The notes under the pieces were generated by a model. It was not told where the DNA came from and made no database searches. It saw only the letters and a list, made by a program, of their open reading frames with translations. A stretch of 59,592 bases of DNA. Source: Opitutia bacterium. GTDB lineage: Bacteria; Verrucomicrobiota; Verrucomicrobiia; Opitutales; T3Sed10-336. Positions 38,869 through 48,688 of the stretch are shown one piece after another. The stretch is from positions 6,145 to 65,736 of the forward strand of contig JBJHCF010000030.1 of NCBI GenBank assembly GCA_050506795.1, read 5' to 3'. The position numbers and the translations under genes were made by a program. Position 1 is the first letter of the stretch. Each line of letters begins with the position of its first letter.

Positions 38869-40281
38869 ATGCCGAACCGTTTCTCTAGTATATTCCTCTT
38901 GCTGCCGGCGTCGGTCTTGACCCTGCTTTCCTCGTTGCCGGTCACGGCCGCCAACCTGGACACGGCCGCCGAAGGCGCCCGGCAGGATCTGGAGCGGGCG
39001 GTTGAGGAATTGGTCGAGCTGCGCTCCCGCATCGCCGACGAACGCATCCCCCTGGCCCGGGAAATCAACGAGTTGGAGGAACGGGTCGCCGCCCGCCGCC
39101 GCGAACAGGCGGACTTGCAGCGTCTCCGCCGCGAGGGGGAGAGCGCGCTGGCCGAACTGCAAAGGCAGGTGGAAAGACGGCAGGACAATCTCCAGTACTT
39201 GGGCAGCCTCCTCGACAGCTACCTGGACGCTTTCGAATCCCGCCTGCACATCGCGGAACTGGCGAACCACCGCACCGACTTGCTGCAGGTGCGGGAGCAA
39301 ACGGAAGAGCGGTTTGACGGCGAGGCCTTCGACGCGCGTTTCGACCTGGTCGACCGCGCCGCGGAACGCCTGGGAGCCGTAATCGGCGGCAGAACCTTCT
39401 CCGGCGAGGCCCTGCAGGCGGATGGGCATCTGATCGACGGCGTTTTCGTCCAAATCGGTCCGATCGCCGCCTTTGACGCCGGCGAAAGCGGTCCGACCGG
39501 TCTCACCGTCCGACACCCGGGATCGCTCCGTCCCGCGGTGGCCCCGCTGAGTGGCCGCCTGCAGAACGATATCCGCTCGTTGATCGCGGACGGACAGGGA
39601 TTCCTCCCCGTCGACCCCACCCTCGGTCTGGCCACTCGACGCCTGGAGGCCCGCGGGAACCTCTGGGATCATATTCGCGCCGGCGGTCCCGTCATGATTC
39701 CCATCCTGGCCCTGGCACTCATCGCGTTCGGGGTCGCCCTGTACAAGTGGCGGGAAATCAATCGCATGCCCCAATTGCCGCCGGACGTTCTCGAAAGTGT
39801 CCTGACGCCGCTGAACGCCGGGAGGCACGACGAGGCACGCAAGCGGGCCGAAGCGATTCCCGGACCGGCCGGAGAGATGCTGGTGGACGCGGTGGGGCAT
39901 GTGGACGAGGGGCGGGACCTGGTGGAGGAAGTGATGTTCGAGCGAATGCTGCGCACCCAGCCAAAGCTGGATCGTCTCATGCCCCTGATCGCCCTCACCG
40001 CCGCCACCGCGCCGCTGCTGGGCCTGCTGGGAACGGTGACCGGCATGATCCAGACCTTTCACCTGATCACCCTGTTCGGTACCGGTGACGCCCAAACGCT
40101 CTCCGGGGGTATTTCCGAAGCGCTGGTCACCACCCAGTTCGGCCTGATCGTGGCCGTTCCCGCCCTGATCGTCCACGCCCTGCTCTCACGCAAGAGCAAG
40201 GGGATCCTGAACAACATGGAACAGACCTCCCTGGGTTTTCTCAACGGACTCACCCAGGACCGCCGCCGCGACCATGTTTGA
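38869..40281 (+). CDS. Long MotA/TolQ/ExbB family protein (TtpC-like)
   Basis: Periplasmic coiled coil, then APLLGLLGTVTGMI.TF and GISEALVTTQFGL. Confidence 0.88.
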   Translation: MPNRFSSIFLLLPASVLTLLSSLPVTAANLDTAAEGARQDLERAVEELVELRSRIADERIPLAREINELEERVAARRREQADLQRLRREGESALAELQRQVERRQDNLQYLGSLLDSYLDAFESRLHIAELANHRTDLLQVREQTEERFDGEAFDARFDLVDRAAERLGAVIGGRTFSGEALQADGHLIDGVFVQIGPIAAFDAGESGPTGLTVRHPGSLRPAVAPLSGRLQNDIRSLIADGQGFLPVDPTLGLATRRLEARGNLWDHIRAGGPVMIPILALALIAFGVALYKWREINRMPQLPPDVLESVLTPLNAGRHDEARKRAEAIPGPAGEMLVDAVGHVDEGRDLVEEVMFERMLRTQPKLDRLMPLIALTAATAPLLGLLGTVTGMIQTFHLITLFGTGDAQTLSGGISEALVTTQFGLIVAVPALIVHALLSRKSKGILNNMEQTSLGFLNGLTQDRRRDHV

Positions 40282-40891
40282 GGCGTTCATCAGGCAAACC
40301 GCTCTGACCTGGAGCGACGGGGGATGGGTAATGATCCCCCTGGCACTGCTGGCGCTCTTTATGTACGCCTTTGCCGCCGACTTGTTTTTCACCTTCACCC
40401 GCAGCCAGTACCGCCGGTTCGATCAGAAAACCTGTCGCCACTGCGTCCGCCACCCGGAGACCGTCGCCGGTCCGGTGGGCGAGATCATTCGCTACGCGCG
40501 GGACGAGGTGACTTCGCTCCAGGACATTCGGAACCGTTTCGAGGAGGTGCGCCTGGCGGTATTTCCCAAAATCGACCGGCGCCTGTTTTTTCTGGTCACT
40601 CTGACCACCGCGGCGCCTTTGCTCGGCCTGTTGGGAACGGTGCTGGGGATGATTTCCACCTTCGACGCCATGGCGGGGGGCGGCGGACGGGTCATCGAAA
40701 TGGTGGCCGCCGGCATTTCCACCGCTTTGATCACCACCAAAACCGGCCTGCTGATCGCCATTCCCGGCTATTTTATGGCCTCCGCCATTCGCCGGCGGCG
40801 CAACGAGTACGCCGCCTTCCTCGCCGGCCTGGAAAGTCTGGTCATGCAGCAGTTCCACCAGGCAGGCGCCCAGCGGAGGACCTCGTCATGA
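40274..40891 (+). CDS. exbB: MotA/TolQ/ExbB family protein
   Basis: APLLGLLGTVLGMI.TF and GISTALITT..GL motifs. Confidence 0.88.
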   Translation: MFEAFIRQTALTWSDGGWVMIPLALLALFMYAFAADLFFTFTRSQYRRFDQKTCRHCVRHPETVAGPVGEIIRYARDEVTSLQDIRNRFEEVRLAVFPKIDRRLFFLVTLTTAAPLLGLLGTVLGMISTFDAMAGGGGRVIEMVAAGISTALITTKTGLLIAIPGYFMASAIRRRRNEYAAFLAGLESLVMQQFHQAGAQRRTSS

Positions 40892-41292
40892 ACCGGCACC
40901 GCACCCTTCGGGTCGATCCGGAAACCACCGACATCAACATTTCCCCGTTGATCGACATGGTGTTCATCCTCCTGATCTTTTTCATCGTCACCACCGTCTT
41001 CGTCGAGGAAACCGGGGTCGATGTCCGTCGGCCGGAAGCCGCCTCCGCCGTCGATCTCGAACGCCAGAGTATCCTGATCGCCATTACGGCATCCGGAGAC
41101 GTCTATTACGGCGGAGAGGAAATCGGAGTAAGTGGCGTCCGTCTCGCCGTTCGGCGGCTCTTGCAGGAGGAGGCGATGCCGGTTATCCTGCAAGTCGACG
41201 AGGATGCCGCGGCCGGAATCGTAGTCCGGGTCATCGACCAAGCCAAACTCGGCGGCGCCGAAACCATCAGCATCGCCGCCGACCGTCCTTGA
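40888..41292 (+). CDS. exbD: Biopolymer transport protein ExbD
   Basis: INISPLIDMVFILLIFFIVTTVF. Confidence 0.92.
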   Translation: MNRHRTLRVDPETTDINISPLIDMVFILLIFFIVTTVFVEETGVDVRRPEAASAVDLERQSILIAITASGDVYYGGEEIGVSGVRLAVRRLLQEEAMPVILQVDEDAAAGIVVRVIDQAKLGGAETISIAADRP

Positions 41293-41296
41293 ACCT

Positions 41297-41965
41297 ATGC
41301 AACGTGTTTATCAACCGCCTCCTTCCGGACGACACCGTTTCCTGGTGATCCTGTCCGCACTGGGACTGACCGCACTGGTGTTTCTGACTCTGCCGCTCAC
41401 GCGGCTCCTCACTTCCAGCGAAGAATCCCCGGAGGAGCGACCGGCTCGGGTTGATCTCACCCCGCCACCTCAACCGCCGCCGGAGGAAGATCCGCCCCCG
41501 CCCGCGGAGGAAACGCCGGAATTTCCCGAGGAACCGCCCGCGGCGACCCAACAGGAGGTCGAACCCATTCCCTTCGAACAACTCGAACTCGCCCTCGATC
41601 CGGATCCCGGCGCCGCGGTGGCGGGAGATTTTTCCTTCGAATTCAACCTGTTCGCCGACACCGGCAGCGCGTTCGAGACCTTTGAGGTCTCCGAGCTCGA
41701 CCAGGCCCCGCGGGCCATCAATCGCACGCCTCCGGTTTACCCGTACGCCATGCGCCGCGACCGCATCGAGGGGAACGTGACCCTGATCTTTGTTATCGAC
41801 GACAACGGGCGGGTCATCGAACCCCGCATAGAATCCTCCACCCGGCGCGAATTCGAGCGCCCCGCCCTCGACGCGGTCCGCCAGTGGCGCTTCGAGCCGG
41901 GCATTCGGAACGGAGAGCCCGTTCGCACCCTGGTGCGAACCCCCATCGAATTCTCCCTCGATTGA
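41297..41965 (+). CDS. tonB: Energy transducer TonB
   Basis: TM segment, Pro/Glu-rich linker, P.YP…G.V…AVRQWRFEPG. Confidence 0.9.
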   Translation: MQRVYQPPPSGRHRFLVILSALGLTALVFLTLPLTRLLTSSEESPEERPARVDLTPPPQPPPEEDPPPPAEETPEFPEEPPAATQQEVEPIPFEQLELALDPDPGAAVAGDFSFEFNLFADTGSAFETFEVSELDQAPRAINRTPPVYPYAMRRDRIEGNVTLIFVIDDNGRVIEPRIESSTRREFERPALDAVRQWRFEPGIRNGEPVRTLVRTPIEFSLD

Positions 41966-42085
41966 CGCAAAACCTGTGGCGACCGGATTAGTCCCGCGAA
42001 CTGATGAAACAAGAGTCCGCCAACCCACAACTCCGCGATTCGATTTACCACAAAGTGCACAGAGACCACGAAGATTTTGCCTGAA

Positions 42086-43780
42086 ATGACCAGGACTACC
42101 AACAAACAATATCGTATCAGGAGGTTTTCCCCTGAAGATTCTCACACGGAGGCACGGAGGCACGGAGTTGGGGAAGGGATTCCCGGAGTTTCGTCATTGG
42201 ATAGCGTTTCTGAGAATGCGGCATCCGGCGGCTTTGGTGCCCCGAAAGGTCCGGCTGAAGCACAGACCTACTTTTATTGCACAGAGCACGCTTCCCGAAA
42301 ACAGCAGCAAACGGCGAGGCACCTGAATCCTTCCTCCGCCTCCCGCAAAAAAAATCTCTGTGGCTCCGTGGCTCCGTGTGAGCCAAACGCCTTTCTCGAA
42401 TTTCCAAAGACCTGCGCCTGGATTCTCCTGGGCCTTTCCTTCCTGCTCGCCGGACCGGTGGCCATCGCGGATGACGGCGGGTTTCCCGGACAGGATTTCT
42501 GGCGCGATCCGGGTTTTTTGCAAAGTTTCATGGGGTCTTACGGTTTCGCCACCGACATCGAGCCGCGGGTCACCCGGCAGGAGCAGGAACTCCTGCGGGA
42601 AATCGGAGACCTCATGAGCGCCGACCCGGACGCCGCCACCCGACGGTTGCAACAGGCCGTCACCGCGGACTCCAGCGCCGCGCTTGATTTCGTTTTAGCC
42701 AACTTACACTTCCAGCGGGACCAACTCGATCAGGCCGCCCAACGCTATGAGATCGCGCTGGAGAAATTCCCCGGCTTCATGCGCGCCCGCAAGAATCTCG
42801 GCATGGTGCACTTGCGTCAGGGGGATTATTCCGCCGCCGCCCGCTCACTCACCCGCGCGATCGAACTCGGAGGCGGAGACAGCGCCACTTTCGGATTGCT
42901 CGGCTTGAGCCGCCTCCAGCAGGACCGCCCACACGCGGCGGAAGGCGCCTACCGCCAGGCGTTGATGCTGGATCCCGAAAACACCCCTTGGCGATTGGGC
43001 CTGGGGCAGTCACTCCTTTCGCAGGAACGCTACCGCGAAGCCGCGGCGTTGCTGGAGGAATTGATCGAGGACCATCCCGGCCAGGGGGAATACCGGCTGC
43101 ACCTGGCCAACGCGTTTCTTGGCCTCAACGAACCCCGCCGCGCCGCTCTGCAATACGAGGTGGTGCGCAGGCAGGAACAAGCCACGGGCCAAAGCCTGGC
43201 CACCCTGGGAGACCTGTACCTTAACGACTCGCTGACAGGCCTGGCCCTGGAGGTTTACCTGGAAGCGATCGAACGGGACCGGCCGCCATCGCCGGATCGC
43301 GCCCTGCGCGCGGCCCGGGCCCTGGCCGATCGCGGCGCCTGGGTCGAGACGGAACGCCTGGTGGCGGCCATCGAATCAGGCCGCGACGATACCTGGAGCG
43401 ACCAAACCGAACTCAACCTTCTCCGAATCCGTGCTCGCCTCAGCATGCAGGCCGGCGAAATCGACGAAGCTGTCGACCTCCTCCACCGGATTGTCGAGCG
43501 AGACCCGCTCGACGGCGCCTCGCTTATCCTGCTGGCCGGCCACTACGGCGGCAGCGGCGAACCCGAGCGCGCCGAGCTGCTTTTCGAACGCGCCGCCCGG
43601 GCTCCCGGTCACGAAGCCGAAGCCCTCCGTCGCCACGCGGAGTTCCTGGTACAACGCGGCCGCCTGGAACCGGCGGCGGAACTTTTGCGCCGCGCCCAGC
43701 AAATCGAACCTCGCGAATACGCCGCCCAGTACCTCGAACGAATCGAAAACGTTCTGCAACAACGGTCCGACACCCGATAA
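42086..43780 (+). CDS. TPR-repeat periplasmic protein of the TonB locus (start uncertain)
   Basis: Multiple TPR helices. The signal-peptide h-region (WILLGLSFLLAGPVAIA) lies after an in-frame palindromic insert. Alternative GTG near 42368. Confidence 0.8.
   Translation: MTRTTNKQYRIRRFSPEDSHTEARRHGVGEGIPGVSSLDSVSENAASGGFGAPKGPAEAQTYFYCTEHASRKQQQTARHLNPSSASRKKNLCGSVAPCEPNAFLEFPKTCAWILLGLSFLLAGPVAIADDGGFPGQDFWRDPGFLQSFMGSYGFATDIEPRVTRQEQELLREIGDLMSADPDAATRRLQQAVTADSSAALDFVLANLHFQRDQLDQAAQRYEIALEKFPGFMRARKNLGMVHLRQGDYSAAARSLTRAIELGGGDSATFGLLGLSRLQQDRPHAAEGAYRQALMLDPENTPWRLGLGQSLLSQERYREAAALLEELIEDHPGQGEYRLHLANAFLGLNEPRRAALQYEVVRRQEQATGQSLATLGDLYLNDSLTGLALEVYLEAIERDRPPSPDRALRAARALADRGAWVETERLVAAIESGRDDTWSDQTELNLLRIRARLSMQAGEIDEAVDLLHRIVERDPLDGASLILLAGHYGGSGEPERAELLFERAARAPGHEAEALRRHAEFLVQRGRLEPAAELLRRAQQIEPREYAAQYLERIENVLQQRSDTR
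42141..42382. repeat. Family C palindromic element in the 5' part of the TPR ORF
   Basis: CTCACACGGAGGCACGGAGGCACGGAG … CTCTGTGGCTCCGTGGCTCCGTGTGAG. A lone family B arm sits at about 42045-42072. Confidence 0.8.
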
Positions 43781-43788
43781 CCGCCGCG

Positions 43789-43971
43789 TTACTGGTGATC
43801 GCCCGTCCGGATCACCACCGAGGTACCGGTGGTGCGGGTGGTTTCGTTCTCGTGGTTGTCCCGGGAATTATAGGTGGCGGTGCAGCCGCTCGCGTAACCG
43901 GCCGCCAGGAGGCAAAACGCCAGGAGGTGGGTCAATCCGTTCTGGATCAATTGTGGTACGCGCTTCATCAT
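43789..43971 (-). CDS. Putative small lipoprotein
   Basis: MMKR…LLAFCLLAAGYASG|C then a polar tail; fills the gap between two + strand genes. Confidence 0.5.
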   Translation of the reverse strand: MMKRVPQLIQNGLTHLLAFCLLAAGYASGCTATYNSRDNHENETTRTTGTSVVIRTGDHQ

Positions 43972-44019
43972 CTCTCCCAACCTAACTTACGCCTTCCGCA
44001 AATTCCGTCAATTCAGACA

Positions 44020-44637
44020 ATGAACACCTTGTTCCTGCTAACGCTTCCATTGATGACCGCCCTGATCGGGTGGCTTACCAATCTGGTGGCGATTCGCATG
44101 CTCTTTCGACCGAAACGGGAGGTCCGGCTTTTGGGATGGCGATGCCAGGGAATCATCCCGCGGCGCCAGCAGGATCTGGCCACCCGCACCGCCGAAATCA
44201 TTGAAAAGGAACTGCTTTCTTCCGGCGTACTGGAACGCCAAATACAGGAAATCGACCTGAAACCGTTTTTACGCGACTACGCCCGGCACCTGGTGCACGA
44301 GGGTCTCGGCGAAAAACTGCGGCGCATTCCGGTTTTTGGAGGATGGGTCAACGCCGCGACCCTGAGAAAAATCGAAAAACTCCTGGCCGCCGAAATGCAA
44401 CGGCAGGCCAATCCTTTGCTATTGAGGCTTTCCAGCGAAGTCGAACACCACATCCCGGTCCGCGAACTGGTGGAAAAGAAAATGGCCGCGTTGAACGTCG
44501 ACGACCTCGAACGCATGGTCAACCAGGTGGCGCGCAAAGAGTTCAAATCGATCGAACGGCTCGGCGCGGTGCTCGGTTTTGTGGTCGGACTGATTCAGCT
44601 CGGAATTCTCAGTCTGACCGGCAACGTGCAGTGGTGA
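44020..44637 (+). CDS. DUF445 family membrane protein
   Basis: IGWLTNLVAIRMLFRP, QGIIPRR and IERLGAVLGFVVGLIQ motifs. Confidence 0.88.
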   Translation: MNTLFLLTLPLMTALIGWLTNLVAIRMLFRPKREVRLLGWRCQGIIPRRQQDLATRTAEIIEKELLSSGVLERQIQEIDLKPFLRDYARHLVHEGLGEKLRRIPVFGGWVNAATLRKIEKLLAAEMQRQANPLLLRLSSEVEHHIPVRELVEKKMAALNVDDLERMVNQVARKEFKSIERLGAVLGFVVGLIQLGILSLTGNVQW

Positions 44638-44737
44638 GCAGGAGATTTTCCCTTGCTGGCTAAGCTGAATGCCACTCTCGGTTAAGCAGGTTCATCGTTT
44701 GAGAAACCGAATCGAAATCCGGGTCACGCTTCCGCTT

Positions 44738-44824
44738 CGTGGAGGGAGGCGCTCCCGCGCCGCCGGTGCGGGCAGGATGCCCGCGCTCCCAGGTCGGCGG
44801 CCATGCGGGAGCATGGCCCTCCAG
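44738..44824. repeat. REP-like element family A copy 2, with nested GCGGGCAGGATGCCCGC hairpin
   Basis: Same ends as 15541-15666 with a different interior; between convergent genes. Confidence 0.75.
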
Positions 44825-44854
44825 GGGAACGGTTAATGCGATTAAACTAAGCTC

Positions 44855-45688
44855 TCATGGCAGCCACGGGTACTTGCGGAAATTTGGTTTCCGTTTTTCC
44901 AGAAAGGCGGTTTTGCCTTCGGTGCCTTCCTGGCTCATGTAGTAGAGGAGCGTGGCATTGCCCGCCAACTCCTGCAGGCCGGCCTGCCCGTCGCAATCGG
45001 CGTTAAACGCCGATTTCAGGCAGCGTATGGCGATGGGACTTTTTTCCAGGATCTCGTCGGCCCAGCGAAGCCCTTCCGCCTCCAGTTCCTCCACCGGGAC
45101 CACGGTGTTGACCAGACCCATTTCCAGAGCTTCCCGGGCATTGTATTGCCGGCACAAATACCAAAGTTCCCGCGCCTTTTTTTGTCCGACGATGCGCGCG
45201 AGATAACTCGACCCGAAACCGCCGTCGAAACTCCCCACCCTGGGGCCGGTTTGACCGAAGATGGCGTTGTCCGCCGCCAGGGTAAGGTCGCACATCACGT
45301 GCAACACATGACCGCCCCCGATGGCGTAGCCGGCAACCAGGGCGATCACCACCTTGGGCATGGAGCGGATCAGCCGTTGCAGTTCGAGCACGTTCAACCG
45401 GGGAACCCCCTGACCGTCCACGTAGCCGGCGTTGCCGCGGATACTCTGGTCACCGCCGGAACAGAAGGCGTATTTCCCGTCGGTGTGCGGTCCGGCCCCG
45501 GTGAGCAAGACCACCCCGATGCTCGCGTCCTCGCGTGCGTCAATAAAGGCATCGATCATCTCGGTTACCGTCTCGGGCCGAAAGGCGTTGCGCTTCTCCG
45601 GCCGGTTGATTGTCACTTTGGCGACTCCGTCACCCTTGTGATAAAGAATATCGCGGTATTTACGGGCTTCTTTCCATTCAGTTTTCAT
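44855..45688 (-). CDS. menB: 1,4-dihydroxy-2-naphthoyl-CoA synthase
   Basis: [29 protein letters not shown] and VGSFDGG motifs. Confidence 0.96.
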   Translation of the reverse strand: MKTEWKEARKYRDILYHKGDGVAKVTINRPEKRNAFRPETVTEMIDAFIDAREDASIGVVLLTGAGPHTDGKYAFCSGGDQSIRGNAGYVDGQGVPRLNVLELQRLIRSMPKVVIALVAGYAIGGGHVLHVMCDLTLAADNAIFGQTGPRVGSFDGGFGSSYLARIVGQKKARELWYLCRQYNAREALEMGLVNTVVPVEELEAEGLRWADEILEKSPIAIRCLKSAFNADCDGQAGLQELAGNATLLYYMSQEGTEGKTAFLEKRKPNFRKYPWLP

Positions 45689-45750
45689 GGCAATGATAGT
45701 TTGGTTCTAGAAACGTTCCCCATCGGACGAAGGGTTGATAGTACAAGGTT

Positions 45751-47529
45751 TCAAGGAGACGTCAGCGCCTCGGCCACTTCCTTAAAGAGTTTTCCACGGC
45801 GGGCCATATCCGCTTTTCGGTCGGTGGGGATTTCCAGGATTCGGAGTCCGCTGGCCGGGAGCGGATCCAGGCAGGCCACCAGGTCGTCCCAGGTATCCAT
45901 TTTTTGATACGAGGCTCCGTATGCCGCCGCCAATTCTCGAAAATCGACTTGCTGCGGGGTAGCGAAAAATTCCTCGAAGGGCGGATCGAACCGGGCCATG
46001 GGCAGCTTTTCGAAAATCCCCCCGCCGCGGTTGTTGATCAGAATCACAGTCAGGCTCCCCCGAAACCGCGGCCGGGTTTGCAGTCCGTTGGCATCGTGCA
46101 GAAAGGCCAGGTCCCCCGTCAGCAGAACACCGGGAGGCCCGTCGTGGCACATACCCATGGCGGTGGAAAGGGTGCCGTCGATCCCGTTGACCCCCCGATT
46201 GCAGTAGATCTGGAATCGGCGATCACCCGGTTCCCAGTAAAACTCGACGTCACGCACCGGCATGCTGGCGGCGATAAAACAAGGCGTTTGAGGAGGCAAA
46301 TGACGGCTCATGAGCCAGGCCACTTTGCCTTCGAAAAGGCCCTGTTCCGCATCCATGAAGCGGGTGACGTGAGCGGCGGCGGCGTTTTCCGCTGCCAGCC
46401 AGCGGTCGAGATAGGGACCGGCCTGCCTGGCTGTCACGGTTTCGTCGATCTCCGCGACCAGGTCGTCGACCCCTCCACGGACATGACACGTCCAGCCGTG
46501 GAGCGGATCGAGGTTCCGGTCACCCTCTGTGATTACCCAGGTTTCGGGCGCCGCTTCCTCCAGCCAGGAACGAAGCGTTTTGCCGGTAGGCAACCCCCCC
46601 AACTGAATGACCAGATCGGGTTTCAGATCGTGGCGCAGGTGGTCCGCTCGTAAAAGGAACTCATACTTGGTCACCAAACCGGGCAGGTTGTCGCGGTGGC
46701 TTCGGATCGGTGACAGCCCATCGCTCAACACCGGCCAGCCGAGAAAGGACGCCAACCGGCCGACCATCGCGCAATACTCCGCCGGATTGGCGGGCTGGGC
46801 CGGTCCGGCGACGATCAATCCACGTTCACCTCCCCGCCAGCGATCGAGCAGCCCCTTCGCTTCGTTCGATGCCAAACGGATGCGCGCCGGGGTTATCGGC
46901 GGAGAATAAGGCGACGCCGGCAGCAGCTTTTCCGGGTCGAAGGAGTCCAGCAAGGAGCGTAGGCTTTTGTCCTCAACCGGCGCCAGCGGTTCCCGAAACG
47001 GGGCGTTCAGGTGCACCGGCCCCGGGAGCGGACCGCGCGCGATTTCCCAGGCATGGGTTAGGGTTTGCCGCAATTGACGCAACAAAGGGGCCAAAGGCTC
47101 CGGCAAAGGAAGTTCGGTGGCATAGCGGACGAAGCCGCCGTACAGGTCAGCCTGTTTGATCGTTTGGCCCGCCCCGCAATCCCGCAGTTCGGGCGGTCGG
47201 TCGGCGGTTACGGCCAGCAACGGGACGTTGGCTTCGCTCGCCTCGATCAAAGCCGGGTAATAATGGGCGCCCGCGGTGCCGGAGGTCGCCAGCAGGAGCA
47301 CCGGGAGTTTCGTCCGCCGGGCGATGCCCAGGGCGAAAAAACCGGCTGAACGCTCGTCCAGCACCGGAATCGCCTCGATTCCAGGATGTGATGCCAGCGC
47401 CCAGGTCAAGGGCGCCGATCGGGCGCCGGGAGACACCACCGCATACCGCAATCCCAGCCGATACAAGGTTTCAACCGCAAACGTTCCCCAAAGCGCGTTG
47501 AGATTGGCACGGGAAAGCGACGACGACAT
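45751..47529 (-). CDS. menD: SEPHCHC synthase
   Basis: SPG.RSAPL, DERSAGFFALG, TSGTA, TADRPPEL, NRGVNGIDG, GDLAFLHD and NNRGGGIF motifs. Confidence 0.95.
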   Translation of the reverse strand: MSSSLSRANLNALWGTFAVETLYRLGLRYAVVSPGARSAPLTWALASHPGIEAIPVLDERSAGFFALGIARRTKLPVLLLATSGTAGAHYYPALIEASEANVPLLAVTADRPPELRDCGAGQTIKQADLYGGFVRYATELPLPEPLAPLLRQLRQTLTHAWEIARGPLPGPVHLNAPFREPLAPVEDKSLRSLLDSFDPEKLLPASPYSPPITPARIRLASNEAKGLLDRWRGGERGLIVAGPAQPANPAEYCAMVGRLASFLGWPVLSDGLSPIRSHRDNLPGLVTKYEFLLRADHLRHDLKPDLVIQLGGLPTGKTLRSWLEEAAPETWVITEGDRNLDPLHGWTCHVRGGVDDLVAEIDETVTARQAGPYLDRWLAAENAAAAHVTRFMDAEQGLFEGKVAWLMSRHLPPQTPCFIAASMPVRDVEFYWEPGDRRFQIYCNRGVNGIDGTLSTAMGMCHDGPPGVLLTGDLAFLHDANGLQTRPRFRGSLTVILINNRGGGIFEKLPMARFDPPFEEFFATPQQVDFRELAAAYGASYQKMDTWDDLVACLDPLPASGLRILEIPTDRKADMARRGKLFKEVAEALTSP

Positions 47530-47629
47530 GCGGGCCAATGAAAAAGATTCGCTGTCTTGCGGCAACGGAAATATCCAATCCGACACGAATGACTCGCGCT
47601 CGATGAAGCCGTAAAACGGGAGGCGACGA

Positions 47630-48379
47630 TTACTTCGAGGCGCGGTCGGTGGCGGCGACGAGTTTGACGAACACCTCTTCGAGGTCGGTCTCGTTGTGTT
47701 TGTCGAGGAGTTCGTTCACCGTGCCTTCGTCGACCAGCTTGCCCTGGTGGATCACCCCGACCGTATCGCAGAGTTTGGCGGCCTCGGTCATGATGTGGGT
47801 GGAAAAGATCACCGTTTTGCCCTGGTCTCGGCACTGCCGGATAAACGCCAGAACGGCGCGCGCGGTGAGGACGTCGAGTCCCGAAGTGGGCTCGTCGAAG
47901 ATCATGACCGGAGGATCGTGAATGAGGGTTCGGGCGATGGAGACTTTTTGTTTCATACCGGTCGAAAGCTTGTCGCACCGGCGGTCCTGAAATTCCTCCA
48001 TGCCCAATTGCGCAAAGAGCCTCTTCACCCGCTCCCGCAGCTCCGTCCGGCGCAGGCCGTGCAGATTCCCGAAATACTCCACCATCTCGCGCGCCGTAAG
48101 CCGGCCGTACAAGGCGGTGGCTCCCGAGAGAAATCCCACGCGGGCGCGAACCTGTTCCGGCGCCGACACGATATCGAACCCGTCGACAGTCGCCCCGCCG
48201 CGGGTGGGAGTCAAAAGCGTCGCCAGCATACGCAGCGTGGTGGTCTTGCCTGCCCCGTTCCCGCCCAGCAGTCCGTAAACCTGTCCCGCCTCGCAGCGGA
48301 AGGAAACCTCGCTGACCGCGTGAAACAGACCGCGCTTTTTATCGCTGAACGATTTACTGAGACCGGAAACTTCGACCAT
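47630..48379 (-). CDS. ABC transporter ATP-binding protein (NatA-like)
   Basis: [26 protein letters not shown] and STH motifs. Confidence 0.88.
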   Translation of the reverse strand: MVEVSGLSKSFSDKKRGLFHAVSEVSFRCEAGQVYGLLGGNGAGKTTTLRMLATLLTPTRGGATVDGFDIVSAPEQVRARVGFLSGATALYGRLTAREMVEYFGNLHGLRRTELRERVKRLFAQLGMEEFQDRRCDKLSTGMKQKVSIARTLIHDPPVMIFDEPTSGLDVLTARAVLAFIRQCRDQGKTVIFSTHIMTEAAKLCDTVGVIHQGKLVDEGTVNELLDKHNETDLEEVFVKLVAATDRASK

Positions 48380-48482
48380 GGCAAAATCCAAACCCAACAT
48401 GAGGCATCAAGACCAACGCGCGAGCAAAATCCGGCACGGTGCCATTCAGGACGGGCTGGAGGAATACAAACGCCGAGGCCCG

Positions 48483-48688
48483 GGCTGAACCGTGGAGTTA
48501 CGGCGGGGAATTCGTAGCGCCCTGCTTCAGCGGGCGTTCTGTGCGGTGTGCGGACGGCATTTCCCGGGAAGCACTCCGGCTGAAGCGCGGAGCTACGAGA
48601 AACGTAGCGCCCTGCTTCAGCGGGCGTCTGTGCGGTGTGCGGACGGCGATTACCGTCAAGAAGCCTCCGGCTTAAGCACGGAGCTACG
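48483..48688. repeat. GTAG-type REP cluster (BIME-like), reverse orientation relative to the array at the window end
   Basis: Two units of CGTAGCGCCCTGCTTCAGCGGGCG…TGTGCGGTGTGCGGACGGC…CTCCGGCT(G/T)AAGC(G/A)CGGAGCTACG plus a partial arm. Confidence 0.88.
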
